Of a stretch of 64,000 nt of DNA, positions 12,166 to 24,749 are shown in pieces. Origin of the DNA: Callorhinchus milii (taxonomy: Eukaryota); contig NW_024704742.1 of the NCBI RefSeq assembly GCF_018977255.1, positions 4,094,001-4,158,000 of the forward strand. The letters are read 5' to 3'. The translations under genes were made by a program, and so were the position numbers. Positions within the stretch are counted from its first letter, which is position 1. The number at the start of each line of letters is the position of its first letter. The notes under the pieces are model-generated. The model worked only from the letters and a program-made list of their open reading frames with translations. It was not told where the DNA came from and made no database searches.

Positions 12166-12270
12166 CGTACTCGGCCTGTATCTGTGCAGCAATATCCGGC
12201 TTAGGCTCAAAATCTGTGTACAGAAACTTCTTCACACCAAATGGCTTCAAGCACTGTCCAACGGCTATAC
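12166..12270 (-). CDS. GRHPR: GRHPR-like copy B exon 6
   Basis: 105 nt; (G)IAVGQCLKPFGVKKFLYTDFEPKPDIAAQIQAEY. Confidence 0.95.
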
Positions 12271-12316
12271 CTGTAGGAGAGAGAAAATCAATATTGAACG
12301 TCACTTTACTGGGATA

Positions 12317-12585
12317 ATTTCCAGGCAGAGGGCGAAACCTTGGGCAAGTTTCCTTACTCCACACAGAGCCTAATAATAATCCCTCCAAAACCAAAAACAA
12401 TAATAAATTGGTCATTTTCAATCCACGACTGTTTGTGGGACATTGCTGTGCGCAATTGGCTGCCGTGTTCGCCCACAAATATACAGTCAATTCACTTTAC
12501 AGTGTGTTCTGTGAAGCGCTTTGGGACGTCCTCCCGACGTGAAAAGCGCTATATCAAATGCAAGGATTATTATTATTATTATTAA
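12317..12585 (+). mobile_element. 5'-truncated young SINE next to the copy B exon 6 acceptor
   Basis: Near-identical to 5725-5986. Confidence 0.85.
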
Positions 12586-13077
12586 TAATCCCTTCCCCCC
12601 AAAAATGTGGTCACTCAATCTACGGCTGTTCGTGGGACGCTGCTGTGCGCAATGGGCTGCTGAGTTTCTCCCACAAAATATGCAGTTGATTTGTTTGACA
12701 GTATATTCTGTGAATCCCTTTGAGACGTCTCGAAGACGCCATAAGGCGCCTATAAAAATATAAAATGCAAGGACTATCATTACCCCCCCAATAAGAAAAC
12801 GGATGAAAAAAAATATAAAAATGCAGGAATTAAAGATTCCTTTCAAAAAAAAAAAATGACGGAAACCACACAAGGAAAAACCTCCCGACGTTGGAAAAGA
12901 GCTGAAAAGGATCGCAGTCCAATCACAATTAGTTTAAGGATCCTTTAAGAAAACTGCGGACCGGATAAATAATTCGCCAGGTCGATGGTTTTAAAAGATT
13001 CCGAAACCACAAGGTTTGGATAGCGCTTTTCACGTCAGCGGGACACGCCCCGAGCTTGGCGATTCCCAGGGTCTTAC

Positions 13078-13166
13078 CTATTCTTCCCAGTCCCACAATT
13101 CCCACCGTACTGTTGCTCAGTCCGTAGCCGCACATCCACAGGGGCTTCCAAGTTCCCCAGCCACCA
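13078..13166 (-). CDS. GRHPR: GRHPR-like copy B exon 5
   Basis: 89 nt; [30 protein letters not shown]. Confidence 0.95.
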
Positions 13167-14262
13167 CTGAAACAGGTCAGACCAGAGGCACGAGTTACAT
13201 CACAGCCGGGCAAGATTGAAAAGATGTGACAGTAGTAATAGAATTCCTTGTTTTTAAATTTAAAAAATTCTTGTTTCAGATCTAACGATCTTTGGAACGC
13301 GCTGGTGTGATCAGATGCAAAGTGCTTTACGGCACTGTTTGCGGGACGCTGCTGTGCGCAATTGGCCGCCGTGTTTCGCCCGCGTAATATACGGTCAATT
13401 CACTTTACACCTGTGAAGCGCTTCGAGAGTTAGCGTCTCGAAGGTGTGATAAGGCGCCGTATCAAAAAACAAAATGTGCAAGGATTATTGAAACGCAGTA
13501 GTTACTTTGGGGTGAACAGGACAGACCGACAAGTGAGGCGAGCGGCCAGTTTTATCTGGGGCAATGTCGGCCAGGACACCGGGAAACACACCAGTCTCTT
13601 TTCGAATAGGGTCATGGGATTTTTAACATCCACCTGAACGGGAAGACCGTTCCTCTGTTTAACATTATAACCAACTCTGACAAAACACTGGGAAGTCAAC
13701 CTGTACCATGAGCTCAAAAGCCTTGACATGGGCCTTGAATTCCCACCCTCCTGACCTGCAGACTGACCCCCAGCAGCTGAAACAGGCTGACAAACAATTA
13801 TCCAATAAATACTGGTTTCACATTAATCTAAATAAATTGGAAAAATGTATAATTCCCCTTGTGTCATGGCTTCCAATAGACAGGGACCTCTTTACTGAAA
13901 GCCTTAGGTCTAAATCATCTTTTGTTAACAAGTCTATGATAAATCCCAGCGATAAAACCTTGCAACAATGACGAAACGGCACGCAAAAAAAATCTCAAAG
14001 CAACTTCAGATAACGTGTTACTTTTGAGGGGTTGAGGGAAGAAGGTTTTTTTTTTTTTTTTTTTTTTGAGGGTGGGGGTGTGATCACCTGGATGTGAAGG
14101 GAATGGGAATCGAGCCACTTTAGTAAAAGGACAGGTCAGCCCCGAGTCAATCGAACCGAAATTTATTAAGATTAAGCGTTTACACGTGGTTAACAGAATC
14201 CGCGTAACAGACCCCGATCGCCAGTTCTAACCGGACACCCAAGTTGATGAAAACAAACTCAC

Positions 14263-14379
14263 TTTTTGGCTTCAGCCACCGCCTCCATCAGTCTGCGGGA
14301 TGTGGCCAGGAGTAAAGCCACGGTGAGCTCAGCGGTGGCATCAGTCAGGACATCTGGGGTGTAGCCCACCCGGATTCCC
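14263..14379 (-). CDS. GRHPR: GRHPR-like copy B exon 4
   Basis: 117 nt, aag/gtgagt; [39 protein letters not shown]. Confidence 0.95.
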
Positions 14380-14944
14380 CTTCAACAACACGGTGAGAAT
14401 TATTACACATCAACGTTCCAGGTTACCTCCAGCCTAAATAAGGATTAAAGCCTCCGCAATTTGATCAAGGAATCTCGTTCTTAAGTTTGCTTGAAATAAC
14501 ATTTTAACAACAACAGCAGCAACATGCACTTATGTAGTTACCCTTCCAGGCAGGGTAGCGTCTCAGAGAGCTTAACAGCGGTGGAGCCTGACTCCGAACC
14601 GGGGTGGTGGGGGGGGGGGGGGGTGAAGGTGACCGTAAGCACAGTCGAAGAGGAAGGTTCTCAGGCGGGACTTGAAACAGGGGAGAGAGGGGGCAAGGCG
14701 GAGGGATTGAGGGAGAGCGTTCCAGAGTTTGGGGGCGCAGTGGCTGAAAGCGCAACAATACCATACAGTCAAAACCTGTTGTGTAAAAAAAAGTTGTGAT
14801 AACGTTTCCATTATTCTGTTTATCTGATTTCTACTTAATTTCCTGCGTCGATGAAATACCTCTCTGTACTTTCAGACATAAATTCAGGCGCTATATCAAA
14901 TGCAAGTATTATTATATCAAGTGAAAGTTCAGATGAGCAATTAC

Positions 14945-15017
14945 CTTTTTTTGATTTCATCCAGAGAAAGGTGATCATGTCCCACAGACATAGTGCTGAT
15001 CACTTTCAGATTGGGGC
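14945..15017 (-). CDS. GRHPR: GRHPR-like copy B exon 3
   Basis: 73 nt; [25 protein letters not shown]. Confidence 0.95.
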
Positions 15018-15229
15018 CTGTGAACAAGAAATGGTTTGGAGGTGAATTCATTCATGGCAAGAGTTCCAATTTCTAGTTTCAAAGAAACGTTTTAAGAGAA
15101 AAACATTTTTACTTTCCAATACAGTAACTAACCTCTCTTTGGCTGACAGCACAGTACACCGACAACACCCTATTTAAGAGGTAAATACTCCACTTGCCGC
15201 TTAGTGCTGAAACCTTTCTTATGTGGCCA

Positions 15230-15770
15230 TGTTCGGAGAAAGGCAACACCTCCCTCATTTCCACAGTGAAGCAGTCGAGGACAGGACCACCAAGGTTGAG
15301 GTGAGATGGTGGAGAAGGATAGAATGGTCAACAAGTGTCAAAGGCAGCAGAGAGGTCAAGGAGGATGAGGAGACATAGGGAGCCCTGGTCACAGGTGGAC
15401 AATATGTCATCTGTCACACTTTGTCCAGGGCTGTTTCTGTGCTGTGGGCGGCACGGAAACCCAATTGGAGGAGTTCGTAGAGAGAGTGGCGGAAGAGGAA
15501 GGAGCGAAGCTGGGAATGAACGACTTGTTCCAGGGCTTTGGAAAGGAAAGGGAAGTTGGAGATGGGGCGGTAATTGGAGAGCAGAGATGGGTCCAGGGAA
15601 TGTTTTTTTTTATTTATTAAGGATGGGGGGTGATGACGGCTGTTTTTAAGGGGGTGAGAACAGTGCCAGTGGACAAGGAGAGGTTGATGATTGCTGTGAG
15701 TAGACGAGCAAGGAGGTGGAGCTGAGAGGCAAGGAGATGGGTAGGGATGGGGTCGAGGAAGCAGATGGAA
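15230..15770 (-). mobile_element. L2 LINE RT-region fragment
   Basis: Translates in pieces to LDPIPTHLL..IINLSLSTG..LKTAVITP and LLDLSAAFDT. Confidence 0.75.
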
Positions 15771-17163
15771 GAAAGAAAATATTTTGTTGCGTCTGTCCTG
15801 AAATTGCCCTTTGTAACTCCAAACCTATTTAAACCTGTAAACTCTACTGCCTTAGTGCATCCTAAAGTAAAGTAAAGGTTTACTCTCTGAATCCCATTTA
15901 TAATTTTATACACATCTATAAAGGTCCTCTCCTGAAGTGCTCTAACCTGTCTAATCCTTTTCGCCTTTTCCTCTAACACTGGGGTTCATCCCTGCTGTTT
16001 TCCTCTTCTAGAGCTTGGGAACCCCCTCACCTTCTACCACAGAAACCAGAACCGTATATTGTACGGAAATCTCACCTGCCTGTTTTCAAGTAGATGGGGT
16101 ACTACTCAAAATGAGAAGGAAGTCTCCCCAGGCTGTTCTGTTAAACAATCCGCCAGATAAATTGATTATTCACGCCATGCCGATTTGTGAACCTTGCAGT
16201 GTGCAAATTCATTGCTGTAGTTACCTACAAATACACATTGCCCTTGACAGCAGTTAACGGCGAAGCACTTAGAGGCTTTGATGTTCTAGGCACTACAACA
16301 AGGGCAAGGATTCTGATCATCCTCATGTAAAGTGCAGCATTTGTGTTGTACAGAATGAATGTACTGCATCAGTGGTTCTACTTCGGTAGTTAAATTACGA
16401 TTGGAATAGCATTACAACCCTGACGTGTCGCCCCTATTTCTCCAAGAGCAAACAGAGTAATGGATATCCAGAGCTTAAATGGTACCATCCCATCCGGGAA
16501 GGACACTCCGAATACTTTATCTCAGGGCAAATATACACCTTAAGATCCGTTGCAAAGCAACAGCGAACTGAACTGTTCCAGACATCACAAAATTCCAACC
16601 AAAAACACAAGGACTACAGCAACTTGCATTTATAATCGCGTCCCAGAGCGCTTTACAGTGGTGGAGCACGACACCAAGCCAGGGGGAGGCGAGCGGAGGC
16701 ACGGTCGAAAAGGAAGTTCTTCAGGCGCGACCTGAAGATGGGGAAGGAAGGGGCGAGGCGCAGGGATAGAGGAAGAGTTTTCCAGAGTTTCGGGGCGTAG
16801 TGGCTGAAAGCGCGCAATGTAATGAAAATATTACATTTAAAAAAAACCTTAGTGGCAACTGATACTGAACCCTTTAATCAGTCAAAAGGCTGGAAGCCTA
16901 TTCGTGATTGAATCACTTTTTTTTTTGAAATAGTGACACACTGGGCACTACTTAATCCTCAGGCTTTGCCTGTGAATTTCCTTGGGTGTGCGTAATAAAA
17001 AAAAACCCAACAAGAAAACCCTTTTGACTGGAGTATCATTAAAGCAGTTCGTAGAAAATCCTGGAAAACAGCTAATATGGCCTGAAAGTCAAGCGGAATA
17101 AAGATTTGTGCGCATTAATGCGTTACGGGGCTCGTGTCACGCAGATTCGCTTCATTCTCATAC

Positions 17164-17294
17164 CTGCAGCGTCCAAAAGTTCTTTGTCGATTTTTTCGGT
17201 CAATAAGCAGAACAGGCCATGGGCTCCAGCAACTTGCTTCAGCAGCTCAGACCTGGGGACGGTTTCATCAAAATCCCACTGCGTCACCTCACAG
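17164..17294 (-). CDS. GRHPR: GRHPR-like copy B exon 2
   Basis: 131 nt; [44 protein letters not shown]. Confidence 0.95.
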
Positions 17295-17433
17295 CTGAAA
17301 TACACACCGGAATCAACCGTTCCGGACAACTGATGTCAATTGCGGCAAAAACGAAATATCGCTAAAAGATACACAGGCCGGGCCAAGAAGTCGTGATACC
17401 ATTACAAAGTCCAAGAGAAAATGATGATTTTCT

Positions 17434-17716
17434 GATGATAATAATAATAATCCTTGCATTTGATATAGCGCTTTTCACGTCGGGAGGACGTCCCAAAGCA
17501 CTTCACAGAACACACTGTAAAGTGAATTGACTGTATATTTGTGGGCGAACGTGGCAGCCAATTGCGCACAGCAATGTCCCACAAACAGTCGTAGATTGAA
17601 AATGACCAATTTAATTATTGTTTTTGTTTTTTTGGAGGGATTATTATTAGGCTCTGTGTGGAGTAAGGAAACTTGCCCAAGGTTTCGCCCTCTGCCTGGA
17701 ACTGAACTCAGGTCTT
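17434..17716 (-). mobile_element. Young SINE, head truncated at a (GA)n tract
   Basis: Reverse complement of the 5669 family. Confidence 0.85.
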
Positions 17717-18449
17717 GATGAGAGAGAGAGAGAGAGAGAGAGAAAAAAATACGTTCATTTAAATAAATCTATCCCACGTCTTCGAGATACAGTGTCGCAT
17801 TTTGTGAACTGGGACATGGTCTGTATCTTCAGGTGGTCTTGAACGTCTCTTGTGTCTGTACGGACGCATCTTCCCTCCCCAACCCCACGCTGTCCGATTA
17901 CCATCGCGCTGATACATTCGAGCTCCGCTCCACGTGCTCCAGGAATATGGATTTAATGCCCTGATTAAATAATGACACGAAGTCTCTCTCTGCACGTCGT
18001 GCTGTAAGAGCTCACGTTGAACAACCACTCCCCCCCAACCCCCACCCCCCAGCCCATTCCAAAAGATCCACCAACCCCTCCCTCGCGGGAAAGCGATGAG
18101 ATTGCAACTGGCTTGAAATCCGTCAGGATGTTTCCTGGCTCCCGATACTCGCACGAACAGGCCAGCAGAGGCTGCACAAGAGCCACGCTCACTTCCGATG
18201 CCTAAGACCCCCAACCCCCCCCCCCCACCCCACCCCCAAAAAAAAAAATTCCACACGTTCGAATGGCAATGGAAGATGCTCGATGGGCAATGTCTGGCTC
18301 AGACGACACGCGGGGTTGGGAGTTGTCTGTGCTTTTTACACTGAGCCGTCTTTTTTTTTAAGTCACTCCAATCCGAAGAGCTCTCAGCTTCGAGACGCCC
18401 GACTTCACCGAATTGAAATCGTTGCATGCGTTCAATGCGGGAACACACG

Positions 18450-19060
18450 ACAACAACAACGACGAAACCTTTTGATATACTTATATACCGGCCTTCGTAC
18501 CGAGCGGTGTCCCGGAGCGCTTCACAGTGGGGGGAGTCTGACAAACGAGCCAGGGGGAGAGAGGGAGGGGGTGAGGTGACCCAGAGTGCGATCAAAAAGG
18601 AAAGGTCTTTAGGGGGGATTTGAAGGTGGGGAGGGAGAGAGTTCCAGAGTTTTGGGGGCGCGGTTGAAGGCACGGCCACCGATGGCGGATCGGTGGGCAC
18701 GCGGGGCAAACAGGAGGCCAGAGCCAGCGGGTGGTGGAGTGGTGGGGGGGGGCGGGGGTGAGCAGGTCGGAGAGGTCGGGAGGTGCGAGGACGTGAAGGC
18801 AATTGGAAACCATTGAGAGGATCTTGAAATCGATCCGTTCGGTGATTGGGAGCCAGTGGAGCCCGGCAAGGACTGGCGTGATGGGGGTCCGGAGTTTCGT
18901 GCGGGCGAGTATCCGGGCGGCAGAGTTTTGAATGAATTGGATATTGTGTACGGTGGAGCTGGGGAGACCAGCGAGGAGGGCGTTGGAATAGTCCAGCCGG
19001 GAAAAGTGACAAAGGTGTGGACGAGGGTTTCAGCTGTTTCGGTTACGAGGCACAGGCCAA
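18450..19060 (-). mobile_element. L2 LINE 3' fragment
   Basis: ORF2 C-terminal remnants (APKLWNSLP) and a (GTT)n tail. Confidence 0.75.
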
Positions 19061-20164
19061 TAATGTACTACTACTATTAATAATAATAATAATATCGATA
19101 AGAGTCTTTAACAACCAGAGGACATCCCAAACACATCACAGGATATACTGTAAAGTGGTGTGACTGTGTATTTTGTGGGTAAACACATGTACAGCAGGAT
19201 TGAGCAGGGGCACTTTTTTTTTCCCCCTTTAAAAACAATTTTCTATTTGTCCCCTGAACTTTTCCTCCTATGAAAACGAGATCGGTTACATTTTCGACAG
19301 CAGCACACAGCGCTTGCTTCAGCGAAACAGGTTAAAGTCCCTTCACACAAGGCACCGGGTAATGTGAGCCGCAACCATGTAGTGGGATGCCTATAAAGTG
19401 AGCCTGTAACGAAGGCCACGGGGTTAGAGCCCACTGTATGAGCCCCAATCCTTGTCCGACACTTGTATCTGGGGAACGGCATCAACCCACAAACGGACCT
19501 TGGAGAGGGTTCAAGGAAGAGTGACGAGGATGATTCCCGGGAGTCCGAGTTCAATGTGTCCTCTGAGGGTAAATATAACGGGAGACACACTTTTTCCTTT
19601 ACCCCCCACCCCCCGCCCCCCCCTCACCCCCAAACAAACGCTGAGAGACAGGTGATGGAAGCGGGATTTTTGACATTGTTTGCAACCGCAGAACTGGAGC
19701 TAAAAGGTTCAAAAGTCTCAAAACGATGGAAGATGGGGACGAAATGTTGGGCAGGTGGAAGAAAGGTTACATTCCAACTGAGTAATGGTTTACGTACAAC
19801 GGAACCAAACGAGTTTGTGTCTGTGAACGATCCTAATGCCCTTACAGGGAGAGTGGCAAAACTCAGGCAAACACTGGGCTCTCAGGGGACGCGATGACTG
19901 GACTGGGAAGGGGAGCGGTGGAGGGATGAAAGCTGCTTGTGAGGAGAGTAACTTTTCCGTGGTTCCTGAGCAGGGGGAGTGGGGGGGAATTTTTTTCATT
20001 GTATTTAAATAAATTTCAGGCCCATCGCCAGTTTGCACACACGTACACAGATAGGATACGGAATGCCTTGCCAGGAGGAGTGGTTCAGGCTGAATCCTTA
20101 TTAGCTTTCAAATGGGAACTAGATAAATACCTAAACAGGAGTAAACAACTGGGGCGTGGGGAAA

Positions 20165-20535
20165 GGAGTCCTGTAGATCAGTGGTTAGAGGACTCGCCTC
20201 ACAAGCGAGAGGACCTGGGTTCGATTCCCGGGCAGGGGCCGAAATGTTGGGCAAGTATCCTTACTCCACACGCCTCTGTTTAGCCATCAGTCAGTAGGAA
20301 CCCGGCTGTTAGTCGATTGGCGGATCGCTTTTCCGGGGGCAATAATCCCATCATATAAAAAAAATTTGGTCACTCAATCCACGACTGTTTACGGGTCATT
20401 GCTGTGCGCAATTGGCTGCTGTGTTTCGCCTACAAAATATACAGTCAATTCACTTTACAGGATATTCTGTGAAGCGCTTTGAGACGTCTCGAAGACGTGT
20501 TAAGGCGCTATATCAAAAACAAGGGCTATTATTAT
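20165..20535 (+). mobile_element. tRNA-derived SINE, long subfamily (similar copies near 21051-21437 and partials near 11500 and 27155)
   Basis: tRNA head with GGTTCGATTCC B box, an extra ~60-nt middle segment, and an ACGTC-TCGAA-GACGT tail. Confidence 0.85.
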
Positions 20536-21499
20536 AATAAAGGGCAGGTAAATGGGACTGAACAATTTTCTTAAAAGAACCAGTACCGACTTAAAAGGGC
20601 CGAATGGCCTTCTTCTGTTCTGTGAATGTTATAGTTCTAAAATTTCTAACACAGACCTTGTGCACAGCGCGAGTAACTCTCACAGGTCAGATACAACGTG
20701 CTCGGTCAAGGCGCGAGCACAATACAGATCAATCTTTTTACACAAGACTGTAAATGCAGCACAGAGAAGAGCGCAGATCTCTTTACCGTGGACATGTACA
20801 GCACAGGTCAGAGACACCAGAGAGTGGGAATCAATAAATGTTTCTCAGACTGGTAGGATGTGTCGAGTGGTGTGCCGCAGGGGTCTGCACTGAGATCTCT
20901 ACTTTCTAATGATAATCCTTACATTTGATATCACATCGTATCACATCAACACACACCACCTTCTGTCTCAGCGGCAAGAGCGTTACCAACTGAACCGGGC
21001 TGACAGGGGCATAAATCAGAGGATTTGTATCCAATACTAGATATTAAATTGGAGTCCTGTAGCTTATTGGTTAGAGCACTCACCTCGCAAGCGAGAGGAC
21101 CTGGGCAGGGGGGAAATCTTAGGCAAGTTTCCTTACTCAACACACCTCTGTTTACCTCGCAGTAAATAGGATCCAGATTGCTATTTGATTGGCGGATCGC
21201 TTTTCCAGGGGTAATAATAACACCTTCAAAAAATTAATAAAATAAATAATATGGTCAATAATAAACTCAATCCACGGCCGCTTGTGGGACACTGCTGTAC
21301 GCAATTGGCTCCTGCATTTCACCCACAAAATATACAGTCAATTCACTTTACAGTATATCCTGTGAAGCGCTTTGAGACGTCTCAACAAATTGATAAGGCG
21401 CTGTATCAAATGTAAGGATTGTTATCATTATTATTATTTTCTTGGGAAACTGACTATATAAGACTTCAGGAGGGCATTGATAGACTTGTGATGGGAAGC

Positions 21500-22010
21500 A
21501 GTGTGATCCAAAGCACAGTCGAAAAGGAGGGTCTTGAGATGGGTCTTGAAGGAGGCAAGGAAAGGGGGCGAGGCGGAGGGACTGTGGGATGGAGTTCCAG
21601 AGGGTGGGGGCAGAGTGGCAGAAGGTCCACCCGTCAATGGTGGGACTGGCAAGGCAGGGGACGTGAAGCAGGCCTGAGCCCGCTGAGCGGAGGGAGCGGA
21701 CAGGATGGTAGGGGGTTAGGAGGTCACAGAGGTTGGGGGGTGGGGGGGGAAAACAAGACCGTGGAAGGCTTTAAAGGTGAGAACCGGAATCTTGAACTGT
21801 ATCCTCTGTGTGATGGGAAGCCAGTGGAGTCGGGCGAGGATGGGGGTGATAGGGTCGCGGAGCCTGGTACGGGAGAGGACACGGGCTGCAGAGTTCTGGA
21901 TGATCTGCAGCCTATGGAGGGAGGAGTTGGGGAGGTCTGACAAGCAGGGAGTTTGCATAGTTGAGCCTTGATGTAATGAATGTGTGTATGAGGGTTTTGG
22001 CTTCCACTAA
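21500..22010 (-). mobile_element. L2 LINE fragment
   Basis: LHRLQIIQNSAARVLSRTRLRDPITPILARLHWLPITQRIQFKIPVLTFKA. Confidence 0.8.
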
Positions 22011-22872
22011 AAAGATATATTGTTCACGTAAGCACTTTTCTCTGGAGATGAGAGCCACGTCAAAGAGTTCGTAACCGGTATAAAACAGAGCTGAAGCTTT
22101 GCGCCCCGGCATGGTAGATGAAGAAGTTTTTAACCTGCAGTCGGAAACCTGAGAGACAATGAGAGATAGGTCTCCACCACTGGTGTTTTCTAAGGTGGTA
22201 TCAGCCAAGATGGTCAAACATTATTGGGATTACATGAAATTACATAGAGTCACTATGCCAAAGATGAATAGATAGTTACTATGAGTTACAACAGATAAAT
22301 GAGGGCTCTTTTAATATCCCACCCTTCTCGAGAACCCTGGATCTTCACTCCTATCACAAAATAAATCGTAATCTTAAACCCGTTGTTGCTAAAAGTTTAG
22401 GAGAAATCAGATTTTTCCAACGGGGATCAGACATCGGAGTTTTCTGCAGAAACTGTACTAACAAGTTCCGAATGAGCATAACTAGATGAGAGGAGCAAAA
22501 TATTACACACTTTACAAAAAGAACCCAATGAAACATTTAGCCTCAGCTCAGATCAGACGAGATTCTCCTTGTTGTTTATTTCCCTTAAATTCTTCTCTGG
22601 CTCACATCTGCCGTGTAAAAAAAAAAGTGACTGCATTTGACAGCAACTCTAAAGTACTCTGAGACATTTGGACGTGATAAGGTTCTTTTCTTCTATGTTG
22701 GGACAGACCATTCCATTGTACTATTAACCGCGTCTGTCTTTGATAAGATAAAACTAACTCCAAGTCTGAAATACTCTGAGCAAAATACTCGACTTTTGAT
22801 GTGCTTTCTCAGCAGCGCAAACGTGGCAAGAGCTCCTCTCGGACGTTCGCAAATCAAACCGATCTCCCTCCA

Positions 22873-23060
22873 TGTGTCAGCCTGGCTCAGTGACAGCACT
22901 CTCGCCTCGCAGTCACAAGGCTGTGGGTTCAAGCCCCGCTTTGGGACTTGGAATCACGCAGTCTAAGCTGACACTCCAACGCAGTGTTTGGTTTTGCGCT
23001 AAATTTTCGGAGGTGCCGTCTTTCGGATGAGTCGTTAAACAAAAGGTCCCGTTTGACTCC
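22873..23060 (+). mobile_element. Older Deu-domain-type SINE fragment (relatives near 13545-13760, 32980-33172, 40090-40280, 49430-49620, 56992-57180, 58240-58440)
   Basis: tRNA-like head followed by GGAGGTGCCGTCTTTCGGATGAG..GTTAAAC; relatives carry AAAGATCCC..GGCAC and GTGTCCTGGCCAA, resembling the AmnSINE/SacSINE Deu domain. Confidence 0.6.
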
Positions 23061-24585
23061 TCGCATTATTAATGTTTGTGGGGCGTTGTTGGCATTGACT
23101 GACTGCCATGTTTGCCTGTACAACACTGTTCTATATTAAATACAGGTTTACCTTTCAACCGCCTTCCTTTTTGTAATTGCATCATTGATTTAGGTTGCGC
23201 CCACCCTCTACTTCGGTGTTTTTCAAGGGAATAGTCATCTTTTGCCCACAAAATAAACAGTCAATTCGCTTTACAATATATTTTGTGAAGCGATTTGAGA
23301 GGTCTCATCGACATGATAAGGCAATATATCAAATGCAAGGATTATTATTATCTTCCCTCTATCACATTTATTTCAAAGAAACATGGATTTTTTTTTCTCC
23401 CGAATCTCCAGTCTTAAATTCCCTCCTCATCCACATTAATTCACTATTTATCTCATCTGCTTGTAAAATGCTGCTCCTTTCTAACATTCAATTCATTTCT
23501 AACTACGTTCATTTTGTAAAATGTTTTGAGATGTTTCTTTTGCATGCTCAACCCCATTACAATTGTGTTTTTCCCTATACTTGGTCCCATCGGCTCAGTT
23601 TCCATCAACTTTTAACTATAAATCTGAAAATTCGTTATTGAACACACAATAGAATTGAATACAAATCTGCGATGAAAGAGATTAAGGTTCTGATAATTTA
23701 GGGATTGGAAAGAGATGGAAAGGACCAGAGGTAGAGACAAGGAGATGAATCAAATTCTCGCCTTCCCCGATTTCCTTCATTTGATCTGCCTGGGCCAACG
23801 TCACTTAACAACAACAACAGCAACATTTCATTGATAGAGCGCCTTTCACGTCGGGAGGACGTTCCAAGGCGCTGGACTTAAACCGATTACCAGGAATTGA
23901 ATAAAAGAATCTGGACTCCTTGGAGCTGAAACGGCTTCAAGGGCACACGCTGGGCAACAGAATGTAAGAATCGAGCCAATGCTTATATTATATGAGGTTA
24001 GGACGTCCTCTCGACGTGAAAGGCGCTATACAAATGTAACCTTGTTGTTGTTGTTAGTAGGAATTCTTATATTACGCCTTAAGAAATTCCAGTCCTTAGA
24101 CCCCTGATCACAAGATGGGTTTGGAGGAAAGAAATATCTTTTTGACCCGTCCAATCCTATCTTCCAGAACACCCATTCTACCATCGATCCAGTCATTGGC
24201 TACCATCCCGGTGTTGTCCTGAAATTGCCCCATTATAACTCAAAACCTACATCATTGTATCTCGGTGCCTCCTACAAGAGTATAGGTTTTTTTGGGGGGA
24301 GGGGTTAACCCTTAGGACCTTTTCTCACAGCAGGCACTAGCTGTTCAACCATAGTTCTCTTCGCTTCTGGTGACTGGAGAATGAAGTTCGATGAAACAAT
24401 CCAGCAGAAAGGAGCTTTCACAGGATGCCTACTATAGCACTGGGGAGCAGGGCAGGGCGGCTCTGGGTGAGGGACATCAAGTCAGTATTGCAGTACAATA
24501 AGAGTGATGTGGCTGCCGTTATGAGCCGTCTCCCGTGCGTGTGTGTGGATGGATGTCCACCTGAGTTGCTTTGCCCTTTACTTAC

Positions 24586-24749
24586 ATGCCAGAGTCCTGC
24601 AGCAAATTCACTCCCTCCTGTGGGACCCGACGGCTCACATACACCTTGGCCAGTTGGTGTTGACTCCGCTTCATGACTTGCGCTGTGTGACTGCTCCCCA
24701 CAGCCCTGCTCAGGTGTGCCAGCACCTTCACACTATGCCCCAACCACAT
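24586..24749 (-). CDS. GRHPR: GRHPR-like copy B exon 1 with N-terminal extension (ATG 24749; other in-frame ATGs at 24674 and 24860)
   Basis: MWLGHSVKVLAHLSRAVGSSHTAQVMKRSQHQLAKVYVSRRVPQEGVNLLQDSG, then a gtaagt donor in phase with exon 2; joined CDS is 1068 nt with no stop. Confidence 0.85.

Noticed and set aside
804..24749. The two GRHPR copies as an uncollapsed haplotype artefact
   Set aside because: Introns are unrelated and most exons differ at roughly 20-30% of sites
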